This document shows, one piece after another, positions 38,280 to 47,779 of a stretch of 49,986 nt of DNA. The stretch's first letter is position 1, and each line of letters starts with the position of its first letter. A program made the translations under genes and the position numbers. Source of the stretch: Bdellovibrionia bacterium. Lineage in GTDB: Bacteria; Bdellovibrionota; UBA1018. The stretch spans positions 1-49,986 of the forward strand of contig JBJMMA010000115.1 in the NCBI GenBank assembly GCA_045805065.1. The letters are read 5' to 3'. The notes beneath the pieces were generated by a model. That model searched no databases and was not told the origin of the DNA. It saw nothing but the letters and a program-made list of their open reading frames with translations.

Positions 38280-39314
38280 TCAGTTAAAGTAGTCACGCGC
38301 AACAATGGCGCCGATTGTACTATCCACGTTCCCTCGTCTCACCCACCCGACTTCAACACCCATGTTAAATCGATGAGTGAAGGTTTCCCACAATCCAACG
38401 CTAACAGCATTACTGTTTTGCTCACTGCGGGTAATCACTTGGTTTCGAGTTGCATTGAGTGTGAGTCCAAGTGGTACGGAAATCCAAGGATTGAGATCGG
38501 AGCTTAATCCGATAGCCCCGGTCACCAACGTTCCATTGTTAGTTGCTCCGCTTTCTACTGTTGATCGAATGTCAGCACCGAGCGAGACCTGCACGCCGAG
38601 ACTCGGATTAAAGCCGTGAGCAAAGCGCAGGTTGGGTCGATATTCCGTGGAAACGGACGAGTTCACCAGGTTTGGAGAAATTCCGGCAAGAACATCCTGA
38701 ATGCCTTCTGTCACACTTTGAAGAGGCGACACGGCCAGAGTGTGAGGTTTATTGACTTGGAATGCGAGCGATAAAACGGAGTCTTCGCTTCTGATAATTT
38801 CGAAGAGGCCGCCAAAGTTCCAAGCGTATCTGACCGATCCCCCATACACCAAAGCGGAGACTTCGTTGAGGCCAGTTACAATGAATGTAGTAATCCCGCC
38901 AAAGACCGCAAAGCGAGATCCCAAAGCGACTTGGACGTCGAATGAAGGACTGAGCCCAATCAGATCGATCTTTTGGGTAGCTGGTCCAATGTTGACACTA
39001 TAGGATCCCTGCCCCAATCCCACCGCAAGCGTGGCGCGCGAGTCGGCAAAAGCCGCGGGCTGCGCGATCGCAGGCAAAAAGGCGTGTCCCGCGAGCATAT
39101 GCCGGACATCATAGAGATGCGGACGACTCTCGGCTTTTTGTTCATTAGAATTGAATATAGGTGCAGTCTGCGTCGACCCCGGAACCGGCTCTTGCGCCGG
39201 CTGCTGATCTGACTGCTCCTGAACTTGAATCTCATCCTTCTGCGCGAGCGCAACCGATGAGATGGTCAACATGAAGCTGGTAAATAATAAACATTTTTTC
39301 TTTATGAATCGCAT
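38280..39314 (-). CDS. Putative outer-membrane beta-barrel protein
   Basis: AGGAG RBS, signal peptide ending VALA, amphipathic strands and C-terminal DYFN. Confidence 0.7.
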   Translation of the reverse strand: MRFIKKKCLLFTSFMLTISSVALAQKDEIQVQEQSDQQPAQEPVPGSTQTAPIFNSNEQKAESRPHLYDVRHMLAGHAFLPAIAQPAAFADSRATLAVGLGQGSYSVNIGPATQKIDLIGLSPSFDVQVALGSRFAVFGGITTFIVTGLNEVSALVYGGSVRYAWNFGGLFEIIRSEDSVLSLAFQVNKPHTLAVSPLQSVTEGIQDVLAGISPNLVNSSVSTEYRPNLRFAHGFNPSLGVQVSLGADIRSTVESGATNNGTLVTGAIGLSSDLNPWISVPLGLTLNATRNQVITRSEQNSNAVSVGLWETFTHRFNMGVEVGWVRRGNVDSTIGAIVARDYFN

Positions 39315-39408
39315 CCCTGCATCTCCTTTAAGCCGTGCTTCCATTTGTGCGGTCTTTCCATGAATCAAATACGATGCCCGCTCCGAATGACAGGCAGTGA
39401 AACTGCAA

Positions 39409-40101
39409 TCAATCGAAATTCGATGCAATTCCTATCGCCAGGCTGAGATTGGAAATGGCACTAATCGCATCAGATCCAAAGCCTGCATCATACCTGACAT
39501 TGAAGAATCCGCGGGTCTCGCCTGTCCGGGAAAACTTGACCTCCGTTCCAGCCTCTGGAGCCATCAGAAACTGCCAACCGTACTGATTCTGACTGTACGC
39601 CCCGACGTTCAGTTCTCTTCTACCGTAAGTGGTTCCAACACCGAGTCCGATAAAAGGCTGAACTCGGCTGCTGGATGATACTTTGAACGGATATTTCAAA
39701 TTCAAAGAGATAGGGAACGAATCAACTGAGCGGTAGATTCGTCCAGTTACCGTGGTATTTCCCGATGTGATCGATTCGTTGTCTTCGTCATGCCTGAAGT
39801 AAAGCCAGCGAAGACTAAAACCCCAGTAAAGATCATCTAACCCCGTGGGCGCATTCCATTCGATTCCCAAACCACGATAGCTCACTGCGTTTCCGAGAAA
39901 ATCCGCGGTCGACGCGGTTGGGAAGGAAACGATGTAACTCAATGAGAAATGAGATAGCTTGTTCCCTGTTGTCTCCAGCTCGCTCGATGTTGCAGCCATT
40001 GCGTTTGCGCCCCCCATCAATGGCGCGAGCACCGCAAAGAGCAGAGCAAGTGCAAATGAACGAGTGGCACAACGTTCGATGGGCTTTTCTGCAAACCTCA
40101 T
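39409..40101 (-). CDS. Outer-membrane beta-barrel (OmpW/OmpA-like)
   Basis: Signal peptide ending AMA. Strands VQPFIGLGVG and WQFLMAPEAG. Confidence 0.8.
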   Translation of the reverse strand: MRFAEKPIERCATRSFALALLFAVLAPLMGGANAMAATSSELETTGNKLSHFSLSYIVSFPTASTADFLGNAVSYRGLGIEWNAPTGLDDLYWGFSLRWLYFRHDEDNESITSGNTTVTGRIYRSVDSFPISLNLKYPFKVSSSSRVQPFIGLGVGTTYGRRELNVGAYSQNQYGWQFLMAPEAGTEVKFSRTGETRGFFNVRYDAGFGSDAISAISNLSLAIGIASNFD

Positions 40102-40757
40102 GGCGTGCTCCTTGTGAAATACGGCGATTGCGCAAAGGCCTGCTGGATTCCCGCATCAACGCGTTGCTGAATATCGGCCTGACTTGAATTATCGATGACG
40201 CCGTTGATGACCGATGCCCAGACGGAAGGGATTTTCTTATCTCCCTGATCAGGATGATTGGGATCAGTCACATTGATGATGAGAGATCCTACCGTGGCTT
40301 CAATCACATAAGGGACAGTCACAGGCGCCCACCCTACTCCGTATGCGGATCCGTAATAAGGAGCGTAGTAGCCGCCATAATAGCCATACCAGTAATCGTA
40401 GTAGACCTGCGTTGTCGTGGTGTTCATCTTGGACACTTCGACAAAGATCGAGGGCGGCGAAGACTGACTATTGCTCGTATCCTCGGTATATCCGCGACTA
40501 TTCAGCTGGTTTCGGATGGATTGGAGAACATTCTGGCTGAGTGCCGGATCCAGAGTTTGGGCCGTGGAGCCGGCATCGCTGATCACGGCAACCTGGCTAG
40601 GAAGCGCGTAGGTCTGGGCGTCTTGAAACCGGTAATTCGGTTGGTAGGATGTGGCCACGACATCCAGCTGATCCTGTGAAGTCGGAGCATCAGTTCCACA
40701 TGCGACCAGCAGCAAATTTGCGCTCAGACACAAAACTAAGGCGATTTTGCTCTTCAT
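40098..40757 (-). CDS. DUF4136-like lipoprotein
   Basis: Lipobox LVAC, FQDAQTYALP, LNSRGY, a Tyr/Gly-rich loop, GSLIINVTD and QAFAQSPY. Confidence 0.8.
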   Translation of the reverse strand: MKSKIALVLCLSANLLLVACGTDAPTSQDQLDVVATSYQPNYRFQDAQTYALPSQVAVISDAGSTAQTLDPALSQNVLQSIRNQLNSRGYTEDTSNSQSSPPSIFVEVSKMNTTTTQVYYDYWYGYYGGYYAPYYGSAYGVGWAPVTVPYVIEATVGSLIINVTDPNHPDQGDKKIPSVWASVINGVIDNSSQADIQQRVDAGIQQAFAQSPYFTRSTP

Positions 40758-40768
40758 TATACTTTCCC

Positions 40769-41884
40769 TCATCCAACATTGAACAGCTGTTGAATTTTTT
40801 TAGGATCTTTTGTTTCAAGCAGAGCGAGCTGGAGCAGTACACGGGATTTGGGAGGATTGAATTCGCTGGAAGCCACAAAGCCGTGCTGATCGTCGTTTAC
40901 TTCGTTGTTTCTCAGCACGAGACCTTCGGGCAATCGGGTGCTTCGCACGACGACAACGCCTTGCTTGGCTGCCTGTGTGAGCGCTTCCAAAGCCTCCTTG
41001 GTCATATTCCCGTCCCCCACGCCAGCAACCACCAGACCCTTGGCGCCATGCTGAACCGCGGAAGTAATCAAGTCAGGGCTCATATTGGCGTGAGCGTAGA
41101 TGATGTCCACACGAGGTAGCTTGTTGATATCTGCGATATCAAAGTCAGCTTTGTGTTGATGCTTGTCCCCGGGATTATCGAGCCATTTGATCTTGCCGTT
41201 ATTAACCAGACCCAAGGGACCGCGATTGGGGGATCGGAATGTCTCGACATTCGTCGTGTTGGTTTTGATCACGTCTCGCGCGCCCTGAATCGTGTCGTTC
41301 AAGACGATCATCGTACCGCGACCCTTGGCCGTCGGATCGGCAGCGACAGCCACAGCATTGTAGAGATTGGCCGGACCATCGGCACTCACCGCAGTTGCAG
41401 GGCGCATTGAGCCAACGAAGACAATGGGCTTCTGCGTCTTTTCCACCAGATCAGTAAAGAAACTGGTTTCCTCGAGCGTGTCCGTGCCATGGGTGACCAC
41501 GATACCGTCGACGTCTCCGCGTTTAGCAACCTCGTTAATCTTCTTGGCAAGCTTGATCCAGACGGCGTCATTCATATCCTGACTGCCGATATTGACGACC
41601 TGCTCGCCGCTGATGTTCGCGAGCTTCTTGACTCCTGGCACCGCACTGATCAGATCCTCGATCTTGAACGCTCCTGAGGTATAGCCGTACTCGCTTGGAG
41701 CAGCTTGCTTTCCTGCGATGGTGCCTCCGGTCGCAAGGATGACAACGTTCGGTTTTTTCTGATTTGTCTGCTCCGTCTGCTTTGCTTGATTCTCCTCAGC
41801 AGAAGCAGTGAATGGAACAAGACACAGTCCGTTGAGGGACAGCACCATGCCGGCCAATAGCGCGAGCGATGAATTGATTTTCAT
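40769..41884 (-). CDS. ansB: Type II (exported) L-asparaginase/glutaminase
   Basis: Signal peptide ending ASA. Motifs ATGGTIAG, GSQDM, THGTDT, GSMRP and DGPANL. Confidence 0.95.
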   Translation of the reverse strand: MKINSSLALLAGMVLSLNGLCLVPFTASAEENQAKQTEQTNQKKPNVVILATGGTIAGKQAAPSEYGYTSGAFKIEDLISAVPGVKKLANISGEQVVNIGSQDMNDAVWIKLAKKINEVAKRGDVDGIVVTHGTDTLEETSFFTDLVEKTQKPIVFVGSMRPATAVSADGPANLYNAVAVAADPTAKGRGTMIVLNDTIQGARDVIKTNTTNVETFRSPNRGPLGLVNNGKIKWLDNPGDKHQHKADFDIADINKLPRVDIIYAHANMSPDLITSAVQHGAKGLVVAGVGDGNMTKEALEALTQAAKQGVVVVRSTRLPEGLVLRNNEVNDDQHGFVASSEFNPPKSRVLLQLALLETKDPKKIQQLFNVG

Positions 41885-41989
41885 AATGCCGACTCTCAAA
41901 GCATAAGTCGTTCCATTCGATCATCTGGACTGGACCTAAACTTGAATTGAAGCTCGGTGCAATCCAATACGTCAAACGGAGCATGTGTC

Positions 41990-43516
41990 ATGAAAAAACA
42001 AGTTACTTCTCTCCATCTCATACTATCGGCTCTCACGATCGCATCCGTACCTGTCGTCACGCAGGCCAAGGATAATCCGAACGCGCAGCCGCGTTCAGAA
42101 AAAGCCACGCGCACAGAACATGACTTGCTCGGCGAAAAGCAGGTTCCCGCTGATGCTCTCTATGGCGTCCAGACCACTCGTGCGCTGGAGAACTTCCAGA
42201 TCTCAGGAATATCGATGAACAAGTATCCCGAGTTCATTGATGCCTTTGTCATGGTGAAGCTTGCTGCAGCCCGGGCCAATGCCAAGGTGGGTGCGCTGAA
42301 GAAGGACCGTCTCGATGCGATCGAAAAAGCCTGCCAGGCTGTTCTGGCTGGAAAATACCGCGATCAATTCAAAGTGGACTGGTTTCAGGGAGGCGCAGGA
42401 ACCTCGGCCAATATGAACGTCAACGAGGTCCTTGCCAATATCGGGCTTGAGCTTACGGGCCACAAAAAGGGCGAATATAAATACCTCGATCCCCATGATG
42501 ACCTGAACATGTCGCAATCGACCAACGACTCGTATCCGACAGCGATCAAGGTCGCCTTTATTCTGCGTAACGATAAGCTTGTCCCCGAGCTTCAACGGCT
42601 GGCTTCGGCATTTCACAAGAAAGGACAGGACTTCCTGGAAATCCCGAAAATGGGTCGCACCGAGCTTCAAGACGCGGTTCCCATGACCGTGGGACAGGAG
42701 TTCCACGCATTTGGCGCTTCATTGGAAAGCCAGATCCAGGTTCTGAAGGATTCAGAGAAATACCTCTATTCCGTCAACATGGGCGCGACGGCCATCGGAA
42801 GCGGTCTCAACGCGCCGAAAGGTTATGCTGAAGCAGTCGCTCAGGAATTGGGAAAAATCGTTGGAAAACCCATCAAGCCAGCGTCAGATATGTTTGCAGC
42901 GACCTGGGATCAGAGCTCTTTCGTAACGTACTCTGGAGCTCTCAAAAATCTTGCCGTCACCCTGTCGAAAGTCTCTGGAGACTTGATCCTACTCTCCTCC
43001 GGACCTCGCGCCGGTCTGAATGAAATCAATCTGCCAGCCCTGCAACCGGGCTCATCCATCATGCCAGGCAAAGTCAATCCGGTGATTCCGGAGCTCGTCA
43101 ATCTGATCGCCTTTCGAGTGATGGGTAATGACACGACCATCACCATGGCAGCGCATTCGGGTCAGCTGCAGCTCAATGCCTATGAGCCCGTCGAGGGATT
43201 TGCTGGACTAGAGGGGCAACAGCTTCTTTTCAACGGCATGCGCACTCTTCGTGAGAAATGCGTGAATGGCATTACCGTGAACGAGGATGTACTCAGTCAT
43301 TATATTGAAACCACAGTCGGAATCGCCACTGCGCTCAACCCGATTGTCGGTTACCACAAAGCCACAGAGCTTGCGAACCAGGCCTACAAGAGCGGCAAAG
43401 GGATCTTGGAAATCATCCGAGAGGAACACGTTCTGACTGAAGCCCAGATCAAAGAACTCCTCGATCCTGTGAAGCTCGCGAACCTCGACAAGAATAAGTA
43501 CAAAAACAAAGCATGA
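41990..43516 (+). CDS. aspA: Aspartate ammonia-lyase-family protein with N-terminal signal peptide
   Basis: Motifs EHDLLG, YGVQTTRALENF, QGGAGTS, SQSTNDSYPT and GSSIMPGKVNP. Leader MKKQVTSLHLILSALTIASVPVVTQA. Confidence 0.9.
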   Translation: MKKQVTSLHLILSALTIASVPVVTQAKDNPNAQPRSEKATRTEHDLLGEKQVPADALYGVQTTRALENFQISGISMNKYPEFIDAFVMVKLAAARANAKVGALKKDRLDAIEKACQAVLAGKYRDQFKVDWFQGGAGTSANMNVNEVLANIGLELTGHKKGEYKYLDPHDDLNMSQSTNDSYPTAIKVAFILRNDKLVPELQRLASAFHKKGQDFLEIPKMGRTELQDAVPMTVGQEFHAFGASLESQIQVLKDSEKYLYSVNMGATAIGSGLNAPKGYAEAVAQELGKIVGKPIKPASDMFAATWDQSSFVTYSGALKNLAVTLSKVSGDLILLSSGPRAGLNEINLPALQPGSSIMPGKVNPVIPELVNLIAFRVMGNDTTITMAAHSGQLQLNAYEPVEGFAGLEGQQLLFNGMRTLREKCVNGITVNEDVLSHYIETTVGIATALNPIVGYHKATELANQAYKSGKGILEIIREEHVLTEAQIKELLDPVKLANLDKNKYKNKA

Positions 43517-44820
43517 AAAATCTCCTCATCCGACTGATTGCCGTTGGCGTCTTCTTCGGTGTGCCGGTGGCCCAGGGATGGGCCACGGTACCCAATGATT
43601 CGCGAGAAGAGGTCTCAACTACCGCGAAAAACCCTCTGCTTGACGACAAGCTCGATGCGGCCGAAGCCGAAGATGCTCAGTTCGAGGAAGATAAAAAAAA
43701 GTGGAACGAATTTGAAAACAAGCTTTTCACGCTGCGCATTGGGGGCGGTATTCTGGTTGATACGGCATCTTACATCCAGAATTCCGCCAGCAAGGAGCAG
43801 ATAGGCTTGCAGCCTGACATTGGACTTCGCGATTTTCGCTTGCTGGCCAAAGGCAAATTTAAGTTCTTGCCTCGTGTCAGCTACACAATCGGGTACATGT
43901 ATGATGGCGCTAATGATGAGTGGCGTTTTCGTCAGACCGGTCTCATGCTCGATGTGCCGGAGCTGGACGGAAATTTGTTCGTTGGAAGAACCAAGGAAGG
44001 CTTCTCAACCAGTAAAATCATGGTCGGTTATTACGGCTGGACCAATGAACGCGCCACGGCGAACGATGCATTTATACCGATCCTGGGGGATGGTTTCAAA
44101 TGGATCGGTCGCGGCTTTGGCAATAAGCTGGTCTATAACATTGGCTGGTTCACGAATGCTCTGAGCATCAATCAGCAAAACTACGCTAAAAACGACAGTC
44201 AGGTGGCAATCCGCACGGTCTGGCTGCCCTTCGCCAAGAGCGAAAGCAAGACGGTTCTTCACGCCGCATTGGAGTATCGTCATGGGACATCGCTCAATGG
44301 GACGCTTCAGTTCCGATCCAAGCCTGAGTCATATCTTGCGCAGAGTTACTTCATCGATACAGGTAAGATTCCTTCCACTGGAAATAACATAGTGGGCTTT
44401 GAACTTTATTATCGACCAGGCCCATTGATGTTCGGCTCGGAGTACTTTCTCAACAAAGTGTCCTCGCCGCAGACTGGAAGCCCGCTCTTTCATGGTGGCG
44501 AAATTTTTGCTGCCTACACACTCACCAAAGAGATTCGCCAGTACAACGAGGCCGAAGCCTACTTTCATCCGATATCGCCGGCGCGCCCCCTCTTCAATGG
44601 CGGTCCAGGAGCTTTCGAGCTTGTGCTTCGGTATTCCTACACGGATCTCAAATCAGGCACGATCGATGGCGGCAGATTTTGGCGTCTGACGCCGATGCTG
44701 AATTGGCATATGACAAACAACGCGAGACTCGAGTTTGTTTATGGTTACGGCGTACTCGACCGTTTCGGTATTCAGGGTGCGACTCAATTTTTCCAAACCC
44801 GACTCCAGCTCTCGCTCTAA
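43513..44820 (+). CDS. OprO/OprP-family anion-selective porin
   Basis: Signal peptide, GRTKEGFS, GAFELVLRYSYTDL, LNWH and terminal RLQLSL. ATGA overlap with aspA. Confidence 0.88.
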   Translation: MKNLLIRLIAVGVFFGVPVAQGWATVPNDSREEVSTTAKNPLLDDKLDAAEAEDAQFEEDKKKWNEFENKLFTLRIGGGILVDTASYIQNSASKEQIGLQPDIGLRDFRLLAKGKFKFLPRVSYTIGYMYDGANDEWRFRQTGLMLDVPELDGNLFVGRTKEGFSTSKIMVGYYGWTNERATANDAFIPILGDGFKWIGRGFGNKLVYNIGWFTNALSINQQNYAKNDSQVAIRTVWLPFAKSESKTVLHAALEYRHGTSLNGTLQFRSKPESYLAQSYFIDTGKIPSTGNNIVGFELYYRPGPLMFGSEYFLNKVSSPQTGSPLFHGGEIFAAYTLTKEIRQYNEAEAYFHPISPARPLFNGGPGAFELVLRYSYTDLKSGTIDGGRFWRLTPMLNWHMTNNARLEFVYGYGVLDRFGIQGATQFFQTRLQLSL

Positions 44821-44836
44821 CCTCTCATGATCATCC

Positions 44837-45271
44837 ATGCCTAGAATCGAGATTCGAAAAATAATTACGATCAACAAAGACAGGCTTTTTCAGACCGTCT
44901 TCAGATATCAGGATTATCCGAAATTCGTCTATGGCCTCAAATCAGTTCGAGTTGTGCGAACCGGAACGAACAGGGCCCGCGTGACTTATCAATTGGCGCT
45001 CATCAAGAACATTGTCTTTACATTGGATCACATCGAAGACAAGCACCTCGGCACAATTCAGTGGAGCCTGGTTAAGAGCAATTTCTTTGACACTGTGACC
45101 GGACACTGGAAAGTCAAGGACCTAGGTCCAGGGCGATGCGAGGTTGAATACATGCTCGAGCTTGAATCTAAGACCCCGATACCCCGTTTGATTTTGTACC
45201 ACCTCATCAAGCGGGTCGCCCCGGCTATTTTAAATTGCTTCGAGAAGCAAGCCCGGTCCGCTTGTTGCTAA
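44837..45271 (+). CDS. SRPBCC/polyketide-cyclase (RatA/Coq10-like) protein
   Basis: Motifs YQDYPKFV, WSLVKSNFF..VTGHW and CEVEY. Confidence 0.8.
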   Translation: MPRIEIRKIITINKDRLFQTVFRYQDYPKFVYGLKSVRVVRTGTNRARVTYQLALIKNIVFTLDHIEDKHLGTIQWSLVKSNFFDTVTGHWKVKDLGPGRCEVEYMLELESKTPIPRLILYHLIKRVAPAILNCFEKQARSACC

Positions 45272-45301
45272 TTTCAGGCTCCTTTTGGAGGCATCACTCT
45301 C

Positions 45302-46552
45302 ATGAGAGTTGCAGCGCGAAATCCGTTCAACTTGGTTTTAATCGCCTGGTCAATCGTGTTGCTACTCGCCCTCGGAGGCTGCTCTTCCATTCTACGTGGC
45401 GGCGCTGGAAAAACTGAATTTTCAAGTAGCCATGGTCCTGAAGGGAAAGTCACACAAGCTGAGCTTCAAGATGACCTGCTGCGATTTGAAAGTCAGTTCA
45501 ACGCGCGGATCCAGGACGCAAACTATAAACTGGAGACATCGCCTAACCCAGACATCCGATACCGCGCGGAGTTGAATCGCATCGTGTACTACACAAATTC
45601 CCTGGGCATCGCACTTGGCCCAAGTCCCGAGTCCAATCTCCTGGATATGGTCTCATTTATTGAGCTGAGTCGTGACGTCTACGATCGCTACTGGCTGCCA
45701 CGGCTTTTTGGCCATGAAGGTGAAGCTCTGAGCCAAGCATTCAAGGACTCGGTCGAACAGATCTGGGTGATCGCAAGCAAGGTACTTTCGCCTAGCCAAA
45801 AGCAGACACTTCAAAATGTCATTTCGGAATGGCGCGAAAAGCACCCCAATCAAATCGACGTCGAAACGATTCGCCTTTCGGCCTATTCTACTGAAGCAGG
45901 AGCGAAGGCAGCAGGTCTGTCAACCGATGTTGGCGGACTCTTTTCCAGTGTGCAACAGTCAACGCAGTCTGTGGACTCCGCCAGACTCTTCGCGGAGAGG
46001 GCCCTGTACTACGCTCAACGCATTCCTTTTCTGCTCCGCTACAACTCGAAGCTTGCCACGCACGAGATCTTAAAGGAGACAGCGCTCGCCCTGGGCCAGG
46101 CGGACGGCCTATTTAGCCATAAACAAGACGCCATGGAGCTTCTTGGAGAAATTCAAAAAACCCTGCTTTCAACCCAGGCGACATTTGCTGGCATGGATAC
46201 GACACTCCACTCTGTCGAAAACCTGCAGCTCGATCAGTACAAACATCCTAAAGAGACTGCTCAAACGCAGGACATATTAACCAAGCTCTCGGCCTTGCTC
46301 CGGGATTGGAATCGTGCGGTCGAGTCGCCCTCTTCTCAAAACAGTGTCTCGCAGATGGCAGGCGCGGTAGCTCAAGCGCAGCAGGAGACCGATAGTATTT
46401 TGAACAGGCTCACCTGGCGCATAGCCGCGCTCATTGCGTTCTTCTGGGTCATGGCCCTGTTTTCCAGGCTCGCATATCACTATCTCTCAGCTAGACTCAT
46501 TACCGATTCCCGCAGGGCTAGCAAAGATAACCAAAGCGGGAAAGCAGCGTAG
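45302..46552 (+). CDS. Helical lipoprotein with C-terminal TM (paralog A)
   Basis: Lipobox LGGC, LGPSPESNLLDM, AERALYYAQRIPFLLR and a C-terminal TM. Confidence 0.8.
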   Translation: MRVAARNPFNLVLIAWSIVLLLALGGCSSILRGGAGKTEFSSSHGPEGKVTQAELQDDLLRFESQFNARIQDANYKLETSPNPDIRYRAELNRIVYYTNSLGIALGPSPESNLLDMVSFIELSRDVYDRYWLPRLFGHEGEALSQAFKDSVEQIWVIASKVLSPSQKQTLQNVISEWREKHPNQIDVETIRLSAYSTEAGAKAAGLSTDVGGLFSSVQQSTQSVDSARLFAERALYYAQRIPFLLRYNSKLATHEILKETALALGQADGLFSHKQDAMELLGEIQKTLLSTQATFAGMDTTLHSVENLQLDQYKHPKETAQTQDILTKLSALLRDWNRAVESPSSQNSVSQMAGAVAQAQQETDSILNRLTWRIAALIAFFWVMALFSRLAYHYLSARLITDSRRASKDNQSGKAA

Positions 46553-46563
46553 CTGATACGATC

Positions 46564-47766
46564 TCACGCAGCTTCACGGTCCTTCGAGAGGTGAAGTCTC
46601 GCCCGGCGTCTTCTCATATATCGACGAGTCATCCACCAATAGGCCGAGAGCGCTGCGAATAGGACCAGGCCAGACAGAATGATGAAACCGCATCCGACAC
46701 CAAAAACTTTCCAAAGCATGCGATTCGCGCGTGCATCGACCGATTCAGCGATGCCCGCCAACTGTGAGGAACGCGCACCTACACTGGGCGCTGCCTGAAT
46801 GTCATTCCACTCGCGAAGAACATCCGCAAAATGTCGGACGATGTCGCCACTCGATTTAATTGCTTCGGGATGGTCCGTTGCCTGGCTCAGAAGCCTGCTT
46901 GCAGATGCGAGCGTCACATTGAGGTCATTCAGAATCGCGTGAAGGTGCGGCGACTGATTCAAAATCTCCTGCCCGGGCGCTAGTACACCCATGGCTTCGG
47001 TCAAAACTTCGCGCGTTCCTGCTTGCGCCTGCATCCGCAAAAGAAACGGAGCCCGCTGGGCGTAGAACAAAGCGCGTTCTGAAAACAGCAGTGCGCGATC
47101 CCCGACGACAGTTGCTCCCTGAACAGAAGACAGAATGCCTCCGACCTCATCCTGCATCTCTTTTGCCCTCCCCCCAGCCTCCACCGCAAACTCTGAAAAT
47201 CTCACGTTCTCAACGGCGATCTGACTGGAATGTTGCTGGCGCCATCTTTGGACGATATTTCTTATTTGAGAACGTTGTTCGTCATTCAATACCTGCCCTC
47301 CGATTCGCCACGCCTCATCGACAATGCGTTTGAACTGATTGGACAGGGGTCTGCCTGGCTCCTTGAACACCTCAGGAACCCAATAGTCGTCCCAGACCTG
47401 CTGGCTCAGCTGAACAAAGGCGAGCATATCAAGAAGGTTTGCTTCAGGTGACGGTCCCAGGCAGATATCAAGGGCGGCGGAATTGTACATAATCCTGCGC
47501 AGAAGAGCCTGGTTTCTGATCTGGGGATTAGGCGAGTTCTCAAGTTCCCGCAATCCCTCCCGTACGTCCCCTGAAAAGCGATTCGCGAATCGAAATAGCT
47601 CTTCCTGGAGTTGAGCTTCAGTCACCTTGCCTGGAGGAGCCTTGTCGCCTCCGATACTCACCTGTTTGGCTCCTCGAGCAGAGGGTGATGAGCAACTGGA
47701 ACCCATCACCATCGTGACGACCGCCATCAGGACAATAAGACTTTTTCCGATTTTCAGAGATGGCAT
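46564..47766 (-). CDS. Helical lipoprotein with C-terminal TM (paralog B)
   Basis: Lipobox-like GSSC, LGPSPEANLLDM, SERALFYAQRAPFLLR, then a C-terminal TM and Arg-rich tail. GGAGG RBS. Confidence 0.8.
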   Translation of the reverse strand: MPSLKIGKSLIVLMAVVTMVMGSSCSSPSARGAKQVSIGGDKAPPGKVTEAQLQEELFRFANRFSGDVREGLRELENSPNPQIRNQALLRRIMYNSAALDICLGPSPEANLLDMLAFVQLSQQVWDDYWVPEVFKEPGRPLSNQFKRIVDEAWRIGGQVLNDEQRSQIRNIVQRWRQQHSSQIAVENVRFSEFAVEAGGRAKEMQDEVGGILSSVQGATVVGDRALLFSERALFYAQRAPFLLRMQAQAGTREVLTEAMGVLAPGQEILNQSPHLHAILNDLNVTLASASRLLSQATDHPEAIKSSGDIVRHFADVLREWNDIQAAPSVGARSSQLAGIAESVDARANRMLWKVFGVGCGFIILSGLVLFAALSAYWWMTRRYMRRRRARLHLSKDREAA

Positions 47767-47779
47767 TTGTCCTCCGAGC

